Source of the DNA: Cetorhinus maximus
Lineage: Eukaryota
Assembly (NCBI RefSeq): GCF_964194155.1
Contig: NC_135897.1
Coordinates: 84,878,001-84,942,000, forward strand
Reading direction: 5' to 3'
DNA length: 64,000 nt
In this document: positions 24,915 to 38,299 of the stretch, in pieces
How positions within the stretch are numbered: the first letter of the stretch is position 1
How the letters are laid out: each line of letters begins with the position of its first letter
Translations under genes and position numbers: made by a program
Notes under the pieces: model-generated
The model's input: the letters and a program-made list of their open reading frames with translations, nothing else
Databases searched by the model: none
Told to the model about the DNA's origin: nothing

Positions 24915-25165
24915 AAGATTGGAATGACCCAAAGACGTGCTGCACGATTCTGCATGAACCTGTATGGGGAATACACCAGTGTCACATCCTTGATCAAAGA
25001 TTTGGAATGGGAATTGTTACAACGAAGGAGGGAGTAAAATAGACTGACGGTGTTCTATAAAATAGGGAATTGGCTGGTGGGAATTGAATGATACAAATAC
25101 CTGGTGCCCTCCAGCAATGACAAAACACAAGGCAGCCATTTACACAAACTCCTTGGAAAATCATT
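24915..25165 (+). mobile_element. CR1/L2-group LINE ORF2 C-terminal fragment (third family)
   Basis: Reads QRRAARFC...SVTSLIKDLEWELLQRRRE*NRLTVFYKI. Confidence 0.7.
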
Positions 25166-25169
25166 GTCT

Positions 25170-27125
25170 AAATGGGATAGATGAACGGAGGGATCTGAGT
25201 GTCCAGATACAAAGGTCAGCAGATGTAATGATGCAGGTTAATAAGGGCATAAAACAGGTAAACAAAGCTATGGAGTTCATTTCTAGAGCGATAGAATTGA
25301 AAAGCAGAGAGGTTATGTTAAAGTTGTCCGGAGTCTTGGTTTATCCACACTTGGAATACTGTAGAACTGAGAGGTTATAGATATCAGGACAGAATGAACT
25401 GGCTGGGGCTCTTTTCTGTAGAAAAAAGAAGACTGAAGGGTGACCTAATATGGGTCTATTAGATTATGAAAGTGCCTGATAGGTTTCACATAGAAAAGAT
25501 GTTCCACTTGAGGGTAAGTGCAGAACTAGGGGCCATAGTTAAAAGATAAACACTGATAAATCAAACAGGGAATTTAGGAGATTTTTTTTTATCTAGAGAG
25601 TGGTGAGAACGTGGAACTCGCTACCACAGGGAATAGTTGAGGTGGATGGCAACCAATTAAGAAGGTGAATGCTATGTTAGTGTTTATTGCAAGGATGTTG
25701 GAGTATCAGAGTGAGGAAGTCTTGCTACCACTATATGGGAATTTGGTGATGTAGTATATTGAAAATCACATTGTACTTTTTGTCCACATGAGGCTAACAT
25801 ACACATGCACCAGCAGAGGGAGTCTGCTACGAAGAGATAATACGGGATTCATGGGGCAGAATTTTGCCATTGTTGGGAGGGCTCAGCAGGGGTGGGCAGG
25901 GGCGGTTGGGAAGCTGACTGCTGCCCGTGATCGGGGCAGGACCGTGATTTCACCCTGGTGGGCCAATTAAGGCCCGCCCAGCATGAAACACGTGCTGCCG
26001 CACTCAGCGCTACCTCTGCGGAGGGGGGAGAGGGCGAATGGGGCGAGTGGGGCGAGCGGGGAACTTCACGCATGTGCGTGAGTGCGCACTGGAAAAGCTC
26101 CCTGAGGCACAGAGCTGCCTCAGGGAGATGAAGAGTTCTGAAAAACAAAAATAAAGAATTTTTAAATGTTAAAAAACATGTCCGCTCATGTGACTCTGTC
26201 ATGAGCAGGGCCATGTTATGAATGAGATGTAAAACTTTTCATTTTATTTTTATTTGCTGTTGGAAACCTCATGGATGAGGTTTCCTAAAAAATGCAAAAG
26301 GCGCTTGGTGGAAAACTTAAGTTCATTAATACCTTAATGGCCTTCTAGTTGTCGGCGGGCACACTGCCGATTCTCCCGCGTGCCCGCCAACCGAACTATC
26401 GCGCGACTGCACATTGACATCGGGACGCTCGCCCGAGGTCATCGCGCGTCATTTCACGCTCAAGTGGGTTGGGCATCGCCTGCCCGCCCACCCGTCGAGG
26501 TGAAAATTCTGCCCATGTTTAACAGCCTGTGCTGTTCTAATTCTAAATATCTTTGGCTGAATGTATAACTGTTTCTATCCCAAGAACTTCACAGGTGAGA
26601 CCACACTTGATATACGATGCACATTTTGCCTTCTCGCCTAAGAAAGAGTATACCTGCCTTGGAGTGCCACGAAGGTTCACTAGGCTGATTCCTGGAATGA
26701 GAGCATTGTCCTATGAGGAGGGATTGAGTAAAATGGGCCTATGTTCTCTGGAGTTTGGAAGAATGAGGCATACAGAACTCTTAGAGGGGTTGACAAGGTA
26801 GATGCTGAGAGGTTATTTGCCCTGGCTGGAGAGTTTAGAGCTAAGCGTCATAGTCTCAGTACAAGGGGTCAGCCATTTAGGACTGAGATGAGAAATTTCT
26901 TCACTCAGAGGCCTGTGCATCTTTAGAATTATCTAGCCCAGAGGCTTGTGGGTGCTCAGTTGATGAGAAAATTCAAGTCTGAGCTTGAGAGGTTTTTGGA
27001 CACAAAAGCCATCAAAGGATACGAGGATAGTGCAGGAACATGGAGTTGATGTAGAAGGTCAGCCACAATTTTCTTGAATGGCAAAGCAGGCTTGAGGGGC
27101 CGAATGGCCACCTCCTGCTGCTATA
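25170..27125 (+). mobile_element. Cluster of decayed CR1 fragments
   Basis: PHLEYC, RRFTRLIPGMRALSYEE motifs and tail gaggggccgaatggccacctcctgc. Confidence 0.8.
25854..26514. mobile_element. Harbinger-type MITE, full length (661 bp)
   Basis: Perfect 12-bp TIR gggcagaatttt / aaaattctgccc; 3-bp TSD atg at 25851-25853 and 26515-26517. Confidence 0.95.
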
Positions 27126-27300
27126 TTATATTCATCTGCCCTTGTAGCAGAGATGAATTCAATAGGAGAAAGGAACAGAAGGATATGTTGATGGGGTAAA
27201 ATGAAAGTGGAGGCTTGTGTGGAGCATAAATATTGGCACAGACTTGTTGGGCTGAATGGCCTATTTCCGTGCTGTAAATACTTTGCAATGATTTGTAATT

Positions 27301-27546
27301 GTGGCCTGAGTGGAGAGCTTGGTACAATGATTCTGCTTCATGTGGCCTGAGTGGAGGGCTTGGTACAATGATTCTGCTTCATGTGGCCTGAGTGGAGAGC
27401 TTGGTACAATGATTCCACTTCATGTAGTCTGAGTGGAGAGTTTGGCACAATGATTCCACTTCATGTAGTCTGAGTGGAGAGCTTGGTACAATGATTCTGC
27501 TTCAAGTGGTCTGAGTGGAGAGCTTGGTACAATGATTCTGCTTCAT
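27301..27546. repeat. Minisatellite, 6 x 41 bp (gtggcctgagtggagagcttggtacaatgattctgcttcat)
   Basis: Head-to-tail near-identical units with no spacers. Confidence 0.95.
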
Positions 27547-29054
27547 GAAAGCTATTCGGAAGGCTGAGGAGGCCGCACAAGCTCAGTGTTAACATTCTCC
27601 TTTGTGGGGCTGTGGGAGCAGGGCAGCTTATCCAGAGCCTGCAAGGAAAGCCTTGCCTTCCTCATGCCCTGGATTTTCCCACTAGCCACCCAGCCATCCC
27701 GTTCAAGAAACTCTTACAAAACCACCTTCCATCTTCCATCACTCACTGTCCCAATTAATGGGCAGGTCTCTGGGCTCTGCCCATTTCAGGCAGGCGATGC
27801 ACACTGGGATGTAAATGAGAGCCAGGCGTTTGGCCTCAAACCAACGATATTGGATTGGTTTGATGCTCCCCTCACCCTCACCCCTTACCCCTTTCTCCCC
27901 TCCCCAAAATCTGGTCCAAAGTATAATCGCCCCCTCTGAGATTGGCGTGGTTGGAGTCCCGTGATCTTTCCTCTGTCGCATGGTCTACGCAGCTCTTAAC
28001 TAAGAGGACTTGACACTGACATGGGATTTGTGAAATTTCCCAGCACAGGCATGAACATTCCTGCATACCTTTACTTTTTCCAAAGAACCCTGGTTTCAAT
28101 CACTCATTGCCTCAATATGTGTAGGCAAATATTAATTGGCCAGATTTTCACGAGTTCATTTGTTTCCATCCATCGAAGTGAAAGGGTCCAAAATCGTGGG
28201 ATGGTAAACCCAGAAGCAAAGAGCGATCTTAGCAATCTGCATTCAACTTTACTCAAGAATTTTAAATGCAGAGAGAGAGAGAGACAGCTGCTCAGAGCAG
28301 ATAGCTACCAGTAGAGGGCGCTTGAATGCTTCAGTCACAATGATTGGCATCTTGCCAAACGATTAATCCTTCAACCCGGCTAATTCTTTAGGAATCAGCC
28401 AACAAATGAGAAACAAATTTAAATCAAACTTAAGGGCGCACTAAAGGGACTTAAATGCTTGAGATTTAAAGATGCGCTTTGAGAAATTGAGTCTAGCTGT
28501 TTCTCAATAAGCCCGGCTCTATGGCTAATAATAGACATTCATTATTAACAAGCTGTAAGCCTGGAATCACTTACAATAGCGACTCAGGGAAATCTAATTA
28601 GATGAAACGTGAGGCTGATCTTTGGCTTCCTTGCTACATTTTTTCACTGTTTATGTATGTGGGCCGAAGACCCATTTTTAAAAAAAAATCAAAGCCACAT
28701 AAATTTCTGGGGGAAAAAATAGATGCGACATTGTCTTTTCAAATGCAACGAAAACTTTTGTGGTTGTTTTTTCTTTACATAATCAGAAGCAAAATATAAC
28801 AAGTAATGTTGAAACCAAGCCCATGGACGTGATTGAAAGGGCCTTCAGCTACAGTGACACGTGGGGTGTAGCAGCACAGGGTCAGGAGTGAGAGCTTTCT
28901 CTCAAAGCTCTTGTATAAGCAGATAGGATCCTGGCTGGAGTTCTGTTCCCAACATCCGCCCGGCAGTAGGCCCCAGCTGATCTTGGCAGGCTGAGCAAAG
29001 CAGTCGTGTGGCGGCCAAGCACAAGAGGAGATGAGATTAAGCAGCTTCAAGGAG

Positions 29055-29500
29055 TCAGCTGTGTCTTCAATGGCAGCGCTCTCCCCTCTGGGTCAGAAGG
29101 CCATAGGTTCAGGTTCCACTCCAGAGAATGGAGTACAGCATTTAGGTTAACACGCCCAGTGGAGCACTGAGGGAATACTGCACTGTCAGAGTTGCTGTTG
29201 TTTGCATTAGACATTCAAGTGTGGCCCTGTCTGCCATTCTCAAGTGGATGTAAAAGATTCCATGATACTGTGCCAAATGTGGGGGAGTACTCCCTGGTGT
29301 CCTGGACAATATTTATTCCTTAACCAACACAACTGAAACAGGTCATATAATTATGATCTTGTTGCTTTGTGTGGAAGGTTGCTGTGCACAAATTGGCTGT
29401 CATGTTTCCCACATCGCAATGCTTCAAAAAATATTTACATGTAAGGCGCTTTGGGATTTCCTGAGGTTGTGAAAGGCGCTATACGAATGCAGGTCTTTCT
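29055..29500 (+). mobile_element. DeuSINE (SacSINE1-like), near full length
   Basis: tRNA-like head with A/B-box remnants, Deu-like core (taaaagattccatg...ggtgtcctgg), tail gcgctttggga...gaaaggcgctatacgaatgca. Confidence 0.85.
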
Positions 29501-29939
29501 GTCTTCACACTATCTGTCTTTTAATTGCTGGATGGAAGAAGCAACCATTCAGCCAGGTCGAGAAGTGGAAGGAGTGACAGCTTGGAGCGTGAGAGACAGG
29601 CAGTGACAAATTGCATTGGTGTTGAATGGAACAAATGAACTAAAGGGAGGATGAGATTAAAACAGGGCCAGAAAACAAATAAGTCACTCAGAAATTCCAC
29701 ATGTGAAATTCCAGCTGTCTTCAGGCCATACTTTCCTGCAGAAAGTTAATATTTGTGTTTGTACTACTGGTTTGGCTATTCTGCTGGTTTTGTTTCCTTC
29801 ACTATCCTGATGCTGATGATGCTCACTGGTGCATTATCCAGGTGCTGTATGTATGTGTGAGTATAGCTGGTGAGCTATTCTACTGTGGGGATCCCCATCA
29901 GAAATCCATGATGATATACTGTGCTTTCTATCACAAATG

Positions 29940-30815
29940 AACAGAAACGTAGAATATTGTTTAAATGGAGAGGCATGGCAGAACACTGCAGTACAGAGGC
30001 GTCTGGGTGTCCCTGTACATGAACCACAATAAGTTAGCATGCAGGTACAGTCACTGATTAAGAAGGCAAGTGGAATGTTCACCTTTATTGCAAGGGGGAT
30101 GAAGTATAAAAGTAAGGGTGTCTTGCTACAACTGTACAGGGCATTGGTGAGACCACACCAGGAGTACTGTGTACAGTTTTGGTCTCCTTATTTAAAGAGG
30201 GATAGGAACATAGGAATAGGAGAAGGCCATTCAGCCTGTCAAGTCTGCTTCACCATTCAATACGATCATGGCTGATTGACTACTTCAATGCCTTTTACCT
30301 ACGCTATCTATATAGGATATACTAGCTTTGGAAACAGTCCAGAGAAGGTTCACTAGGCTGATTCCTGGGATGAAGAGGTTGTCTTATGAGGAAAGGTTGA
30401 GCGGGTTGGGCCTATACTCATTAGAGTTTAGAAGAATGAGAGGTGATCTTATTGAAATACATAAAATTCTGAGGGGCTCGACAGGGTAGATGCTGAGAGG
30501 ATGTTTCCCCTTATGGGGGAATCTAGAACTAGGGCACAGTTTAAAAATAAGGGGCCTCCCATTTAAGACAGAGATGAGGAGGAATTTCTTCTCTACTAGG
30601 GTCATTAGTGTTTAGAAATCTCTTCCCCAGAGAAGAGTGGATGCTGGGCCATTGAATATATTCAAGGCTGAGTTAAACAGATTTTTGATCTACAAGGGAG
30701 TCAAGGGTTATGGGGGCCAGCCAGAAAAGTGAACTTAAGGTCACAATCAGATCAGCCATGATCTTACTGAATGGCGGAACGGGCTCGAGACCCTGAGTGG
30801 CTTACTCCAGCTCCT
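29940..30815 (+). mobile_element. CR1 LINE 3' part with an inverted CR1 tail inserted at about 30200-30310
   Basis: LYRALVRPHQEYCVQFWSPY, LSYEERL motifs and gatcagccatgatctta tail. Confidence 0.9.
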
Positions 30816-31149
30816 ATTTCTCAGAATCTTGTGAAGTCATTGCATAGCCAACTGAAGCTGATTTCTACCCTCCAGTTTTAACTCAGGCCGATCATAAAGC
30901 CTCTAGTCTCATCCTAGTTGAGATCAGCGAATTCAACAGAGACCAGCGATCGAACTGTGGGCTTCCCTGTTCTGGCCTGAAATGAAGGTAAATGTGGCAG
31001 GCAATTGCACACAGCACTAGTCAAGCTAAGAGCAACTGAATGAATGATCAGATTATCTGGTGGCATTAAAATAGTGTGGAATGTTGACTAAGGGAATTAC
31101 TTGTCCTTCATGAAATCGGATTTCATTTGCCTTCATAACAATGGCAATA

Positions 31150-31610
31150 CAAATTGTCGCTTGATAGTACAGAACTTGAATATTGCTGAAAAGAAAGACA
31201 TGTTGCCGAAGCTTTTTTGTCTTGCACTCATCAGGACAAATGCAAGAATGCCAAATTTCAAACAATCACAACAAATTATACTTCAGGAGAAAAGGATGCT
31301 GATTGGTTGGCAAGTCGACTTGGATTGGCCGAGGCATTGCTATGGAGAAAGCAATGGGAATTATCAGCTCCCCACACTCAAGATAATTCAAAAAAAGTCA
31401 CAGCTTGAACAGATTCCTTTTGTTTGCAGAGAATGGGTCACCGCTTATGAATGTATGTCACTTCTAGCAAGTGAAAATGAGCCATATTACGAACTCAACT
31501 GATCATCTTAAATTGGTTGCTGTGGTAGCTATTAGCGCATTCAGTATTGTTCAGCAAGTGCTGTCCAATCTTGGAATCACATCTAACAGTAGACAACAAT
31601 AATATTACTT
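31150..31610 (-). mobile_element. Second Penelope-like family: GIY-YIG C-terminus plus pLTR with hammerhead remnant
   Basis: Minus strand reads SKIGQHLLNNTECANSY...FKMIS...LLEVTYIH...PILCKQKE; downstream gtcCTGATGAgtgcaagacAAAAAAgcttcggc (31206-31237). Confidence 0.78.
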
Positions 31611-31822
31611 CAAGAGTAACTTGTTGGTTGTGAGGTATTCTACAGATGTGGTAAGGTGCTATATAAATGCAAGTTTGTTTTTTCTAAGTCAATATTTAGG
31701 AAAGAGTCTGACCAGAACCTGCAGGACAATAAAGAATGTTATATGCATCAGATTGCGAAGTGTACGTATGCTGGTGGAAACCTGAATGTTCAAGATATCC
31801 ACATTACTATTTTAATTAATAA

Positions 31823-32200
31823 CTAGACTGGCACTTTGCTGCAGTACTGATGGAGTCCAGCATTGCCAGAGGTTCTGTCTTTCAGATGAGACATTAAACT
31901 GTGGCCCCCTTTGCCTTCCCAGGTGGAGGTAAAAGATTCCATGATACTATTTTGAAGGAAAAGAGGGGGCATTTCCTGGTGCCCTGGCCAATAATTATCC
32001 CTCAACAAGTATCAATAGAAACAGACTATCTGGTTGTTATCATATTGCCATTTGTGAGAGCTTGCTGTGTGCAAATTGGCTGCTGTGTTTCCTACATTAC
32101 ACCAGCGACTGCACTTCAAAAGTATTTCGTCACTGTAAAGCCCTTTGGAATGTCCTGAGCTTGTTAAAGGTGCTATGTAAATGTAACTTTTTCTTTCATT
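31823..32200 (+). mobile_element. DeuSINE body and tail
   Basis: tctttcagatgagacattaaac...aaagattccatg...gcaaattggctgc...aaaggtgctatgtaaatg. Confidence 0.85.
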
Positions 32201-32534
32201 CATGTTACAACAGAATATGGAGGCAGCACACAGTTGATTTGGCAGCTTCTATAGAGACAAAAGATGGTGCGGGGTGAGGTGGGAGGTGGGTGATGATGGG
32301 ATGGAGACTGCTCACCATAAAATGTGAAGGGTTCATACCTGAAACATTCACTTGTCACTTCTCTCTACAAATGCTGATAGAGCTGCTATGTACTTTCAGG
32401 ATTTTGTGTTTCTATTTCAACTTCCATCAATTGTAATTTGCTCTTTTTATTTCCATCATTCTCTCTACCCTTCACCAAACCGACCCCTTCACCGAGGAAT
32501 GCTCTGTTAACTTAGACATTTTTTGACTAATTGT

Positions 32535-32980
32535 TTTTTATATTTGTTCATGGGATGCATGCATCACTGGCTAGGCCAGCCTTCATTGCCCATGTCTAAT
32601 TACCCTTGAGAAAGTGGTGGTGAGCCGTCTTCTTGAACTGTTGCAATCTGTGTACAGTGGGTACAACCACAGTGCTGTTTTATGATTTTGACCCAGCATT
32701 GATGAAGGCGATGGTGTTCCCATGCGCCTGTTGCCCTTTGTTTTCTAAGTGGTAGAGGTCATTGGTTTAAAGATACTGTCAAAGGAGCCTTGGTGAGAGT
32801 TATTACAGTACATCTTGTAGATGGTACTTACTGCAGCCACTGTGCGTCGGTGGTTGAGGGGATGAATGTTTAAGGTGGTGGATGGGGTGCCAATCAAGTG
32901 AGATGCTTTGTCCTGGGTGGTGTCTCATGTAGGCAATGCAGAGTACTCCATCTCATTCCTGACTTGTGCCTTGTAGGTCT
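32535..32980 (-). mobile_element. LINE family B 3' fragment
   Basis: ctggctaggccagc...cccttgagaaagtggtggtgagccg. Confidence 0.8.
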
Positions 32981-34799
32981 GCTTCAACTGCTTCAGCCTG
33001 CTGGTTTGGAGTGTCCCTTAAAATAGTGCAGTTGAAATCAGGTTATGTCTGCTGTCATCATGCCTACTAATGCCTATTGGTAAGCCGGAAATCATATGTT
33101 AACAGAGTCGCTGTGTTAAAAAAGCCATTGAGTGCTTTCTTTAACTTCAGGTGTTCATCTGCTGCCAGCCTCTTAACCCTATTTCTCCTTCCAGAGAGAT
33201 CCCCGACTTGTTGAGTGTTTCAAGGATTTTCTGGTTTTTGTTGGAAGGTTCTATCTAATAGTGGGCAAGTGGGAACCTCAGCTAATTTTTCCCTTTCCAC
33301 CTCCTGGTTGTTATGACTTATTTAAGGACCCCCCCCCCTCCCCCCCCCGCCATCATTAAAATAAGTCCAAGGAAAGAAAATTTGGGGCTAGAAATTCAAC
33401 CACCCATTTTGTCAGGCAGGAAGCATGCACATGCATTTCTGGCACATCTCCAAGTCAATGGAGATCAACTAAATGGGCCCAGGCTTGGTCCCTTCCAAAT
33501 CTAGATAACTCCCTTCTACATCAACGAATTTACAAGTAAAACTAATATAGTTTCACTGTTGCGCAACCCTATGGGTGAACAGTGAAGCAGTAAAATAGCC
33601 TGACCATAGCCTGAAAGAAAATGTTGAAGCAGAGTAGCACAGAAACCTAGAGCAAAAAAGGAGGCCATTTGGCACATCATACCTGCGCTATCTCTCTGGG
33701 AGTACAGGGGAGCTCTGTATCTAACTTCTCTCTAACTGCGAACTGTGCTCTAACCGACCCCTGGATCACAGAATCAAAGAGTTCACAGAATCACCGAGTT
33801 CACAGGATCACTGAATTGTTACGATGCAGAAGGAGGCCATTCAGCCCATCGTCTCTGCACCGACTCTCTGAACGAGCAATTCACTTCATGCCATTCTCTC
33901 GCCTTCTCTCCGTATCCCTGCACCTTCATACTTTCAGAAAAAGTCTACTTCCCTTTTGAATGCTTCGATTGAACAAATGGATGCTCATTGCTGAACTGAA
34001 ATGAAAAAGACCTTCGATTGACAGCGTTAGCATTGATCATGTTAATAAGATCAAGATCTGCTTGAAAAGAAAAGGTGCAGGATATCAGAGGAAGTCTATT
34101 GCTCTGATTAACTGTATGTCTGATTGCCCTGGGTAGATCGTACTCTCTAACTGGATGCTCCCATCAACAGGATGTCCTTTGTTGTATTCTTGAAAGCTCA
34201 CGGTACAATTTACATCTTAGATGAGCTGGGTTTATTGTTTCCCTTTTGTTAGACATCCCACAGGAAACTCGAGAGTTTCCAAAATGAAAGCAGCATTGAG
34301 AATGGAAAATGATGGAAAACTGTTTAATGTTGATCGATTTCAGGTGGTTTCAGTAAGGAGCAATCCAGGGTTCCGACAGCCTATCAGGGGAAATCAGATG
34401 TATAGAGTTGTTTTCAAAATATTTTGCCTCAATAGACCAATCATGCTGGATAAATTGTAACTGTTGCAAATACTTTAGACGCAGAAAGCTTAATGATGAC
34501 TACTTAGGCTGCAACTATGCCAGAAACATATCGAGCGTATTTGGAACTTGCAAGAGCTAAAATATTTCCAGATGTTGCTGTGTGATACTGGCCAGGGCAA
34601 GAATTAGCCTATATGACTAAATTAGCCAGAGAAAGTTGATTTTCCAAATTATAAGTGTGCAACTTTTAAGGTGATTGGCTAAAGACATCAAAGGGGAGAT
34701 GTGAAGAATTTTATTTTCACGTGAATTTTGTGGGCTGGATAACACTGATTGAAAGGATGGTGGAGGCATATTCAATAAGTTTCAAAAGGGAACTGGATC

Positions 34800-36378
34800 A
34801 ATAGTACTGAAATGGAACTGGACTAGCCATATAGATACTGTGGCTACAAGAGCAGGTCAGAGGCTAGGAAGGCTGTGATGAGCAACTCACCTATTGTTTC
34901 CCAGAGCCTGTCTACCATCTACAAGGCACAAGTCAGGAGTGTGATCGAATACTCCCCTCTTGCCTGGATGAGTGCGGCTCCCACAACACTCGAGAAGCTT
35001 GACACTTTCCAGGACGAAGCAACCCGCTTGATCGGCCGCCTATCTACTGTCATTACTCACTGGGTATAGTGCGCTGTAATATCAAGCCCCACTGCCCCCC
35101 AAGTTGAGACAAATGTGAAAAGTTTGATTAGACCACCAAATTGCCCAATTCTACCTAAGTGTTTAATTTAGGTTAACAGGATACGAGCACCAGGTTTGTA
35201 AACTTAATAAGTGAATAACTGTTTATTGAACAAACTGTCTTTAATGAGTGGCAAAAGAAAGAAATATGAACTGCTAACTTTTAACTCTATAACTTAAGCT
35301 CTATCCATTCTTAACTCCTATACAGAAGCACACACACACACATAAGACATACAAAACATGGATTTTAAGGGTGAGATAAAAACCGTTCAATAGCACCAAC
35401 CCAGAGTGCAGGTTTGGATAGGTTGATTTTGATTGATGTCTCCCAAATTCCTTGCAGTTTGTTATTGATGACACGAGGTGGTCTCCCAGCACTTTCAGTC
35501 TGTGGTTCACTGGTTGAAAAACTTGCTTTTCAATGGTTCTACTGTGATTTTTCCCATTTTCCTCTTGACAAGGGTTTTCAGAGAAAGCAGGTTACAGAGA
35601 TATGAAGGATAACCAGCTAGCTATTATGGCAGAATTGCTGGAATCTTACAAACACAGGAGAGAGATGTTTAAGGACTTACCTCTTTGCAGGCTAGGAGCT
35701 GTTCTCCCTGCATTGTTACCACACAAAGCCCTGGTAACCTGGTCGGGAGCCAATTAAAATGCTGTCGTCAGGCAGTTCCCCCTAGTCCAGGACTCCTTTC
35801 CGGCACCATCCTGTTCTCTTATGGCACTCTATGTTCCAGGATAGCAACATTGTAGATATTCCTCATCCTATTCCAGTGAACATGTCTTTCAACTGCAGCC
35901 ATGGTAGTTTTTAAAGGCACAGTCCAATTTTAAAGACACAGTCCAAGAAAAATAAAAAAATAGCTTCTTTACACCACAAATATTCACTCCCTCCCCTACT
36001 AACGCACAGTGGCAGCAGTATGTACCATCTGCAAGATGCACTGCAGGAACTCGCCAAGGCTCCTTAGACAGCACCTTCCAAACCCACTACTGCTACCACC
36101 TAGAAGGACAAGGGCAGCAGATGCATGGGAACACCACCATCTGTGAGTTCCCCTCCAAGCCACTCACCATCCTGCCTTGGAAATATATCACTGTTCTTTC
36201 ACAGTTGCTGGGTCAAAATCCTGGACCTCCCTCTCTAGCAGCTGTGGGTGCACCTATGCCATTGGACTGCAGCGGTTCAAGAAAGCAGCTCACCACCACC
36301 TTCCTAAGGGCAAGTAGGGATGGGAAATAAATGCTGGCCCCGTGATGTTCACATCCAATGAGTGAATTAAAAAAAAAC
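34800..36378 (+). mobile_element. LINE family B 3' region interrupted by a solo LTR
   Basis: IYKAQVRSVIEYSPLAWMSAAPTTL motif; continues at 35974 through the tail and poly-A. Confidence 0.88.
35048..35973 (-). mobile_element. Solo LTR (926 bp)
   Basis: TG...CA termini; near-TSD ctac (35044-35047) / ccac (35974-35977); LINE sequence is continuous across it. Confidence 0.78.
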
Positions 36379-36671
36379 TACTTGTGGGGCAATGGGCAGT
36401 GCAGGAAACTGGGACTAGTTAGATGGTTCTTTCAAAGAGCTGGAACTGGCACAATGGGCTGAATGGCCTCCTCTGTTGTATAATTCCATGATGCTATGAT
36501 CAAAATAAATTAATTTTCCCGGGAAGACAGTGACAAAGGCACTACTGACAGTGCATCCTTCCCTCAGTTTTGGGATGTCAGCCTGGATTGTATGCTGTGG
36601 AGTGGAGCTTGTACCTGTGTCCTTCTGATCCAGAGGCAGGAGTAGAACCACTAAGCCAGTGCTGGCAGCCA

Positions 36672-37394
36672 GGGGGGGATTTTGGCCCTGATATGGGGGA
36701 TGGGAACTGAGATAGGCGGGCACGTAATTTTGTACATTGGCTGGCAAGCTGGTTTACTGGCACCAATCCACTCTGAGCCATTTCCCAGGGTGACTAACTG
36801 CTATCTGCCCACAAGCAGCAGGTCGGCAATTGAGGTAACTAAAAGTCCAATTAAGGCCGTTGATCAGAGGCCAACTGGAATTTTCCAGTCAGCCTGCAGG
36901 CCCCCATTCTCCATCCTGTGCCATTATAAGCATGGCAGCTATCTGGAGGGGGCAGGGGGGGTCTCTCGGCAGCAGTGCGGAGTTGGGGGGAAGCACCCGG
37001 AGCTGACCTTGAGCCCCCCTCACAATCCCTGCCACCTACCCAGCTGCAGCTGCGACCACGGGTTGCCCTGTGGAGTCGATCCCCCCCCTCCACAATGGTG
37101 GCGGCATCTGCGGCCTAGTTTAATTTCAAAAGTTGCTGAGAGTGGGGCTGCAAGATGGAAGTCCCCTCTCTCTCCTTTATCTGCAATGGCTTCCATGCTT
37201 GAAGGCCTCCTATTGGCCCTCCAGCTTTGAGACCCCATCCGTCATCCTTAATTGGACGATGAATGCGACATCTGGCCACTAATTGGCCAAGCAAGGGTAA
37301 GTTATGGTTGGGCGACTGCTCCTGACACAGTGAAGGCGTGGTATCCACATTTGACCCCTGATACTGGGGTCCCAACCAACTCAAAATCCTGCCC
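36672..37394. mobile_element. Older Harbinger-type MITE inserted in a DeuSINE head
   Basis: Ends ggggggatttt / aaaatcctgccc; internal caattaaggcc, ccttaattgg and taattggcc motifs. Confidence 0.65.
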
Positions 37395-37607
37395 CTAGTA
37401 TTAGGCACAGCAGTCTCATGGGTTTGTCTCAAATTATAGTTAAGTATAAATAGCTGGCAGTGCAGACATTGGAGAAGATAGATAGATACATGAGAGTGAA
37501 AAGACTAGAAAAAGATCCTGATAGGTGACATGAGTAGGGTGGGAGGAGTCTCATGTGGAGCTTAAGCAATGCTGTAGACACGTAGTCTTGAATGGCTTGT
37601 TTTCTGT

Positions 37608-37820
37608 TCTTCTTCTTATCATGCCCACGGACAGTCTATACATGGCCTAGCCAGAAGTGGACACATTTTTGCGCCTTGTTGTTGAATTGGGCAAGAGTGC
37701 AGGGTTCCTCTTGCGATAGGCATTGCAGGAGATGTTGGATAGTCTGTGGCTCAGTTCCACATTCACAAGTTGTCGGGCAGGTTGTATATCCCCATTTGCT
37801 TAGTGACACCTTTGAATGAC
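37608..37820 (-). mobile_element. Vingi/Ingi-like LINE 3' fragment
   Basis: Minus strand KWGY...CECGTEPQTIQHLLQC...AQKCVHFW, then tail atgataagaagaagaa. Confidence 0.7.
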
Positions 37821-37935
37821 CTACACCAGTTTTCTGTTGTAAATTCTACATAAAAGAGATAATATAAGTTGTTGATGTGACACTTTGGCTCTCAATTTCT
37901 TTTTGCTGCTGCTTTGCATTTGCAACCTGCCATAC

Positions 37936-38086
37936 CTCGTTGTAGGAAGACTCCGCTGTCTGTACAGGTCCACATTGGATATAATCACAGGTCGGAGACC
38001 GGGCTGTAATGTTCTAGCCGCGATTCTCCGATCCATGCCGCCTGCTGAAGTGGCTGTATGCCGGCAGTGGAAGTATGCAAAACTCT
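37936..38086 (-). CDS. Candidate internal coding exon of host gene (151 nt, phase 1 in, phase 2 out): SFAYFHCRHTATSAGGMDRRIAARTLQPGLRPVIISNVDLYRQRSLPTT
   Basis: ttgccttgtacAG acceptor, AG|GTatgg donor, one open frame (other two have stops), CpGs retained, not repeat-like. Confidence 0.78.
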
Positions 38087-38299
38087 CTGTACAAGGCAAT
38101 CTCTCAATGTTTCAATTGCAGCAAGTTAAAATAACGCAGCCATGAGTGCAACATTAGGGAAAATAAATAAATTCACAAACACTGAATTAAAATGTGGGGA
38201 AAGTGTGGCAATCATTGTCTGAAAGAGAGCAGCACGTTATGCACAAAATGGTAGCCTATTGTCATTTAGCTGCTGTTTGCCCTGCTGTACACTTCATGA

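Noticed and set aside
27301-27546. CRISPR-like array
   Set aside because: Units are head-to-tail with no unique spacers, no cas genes, eukaryotic context.
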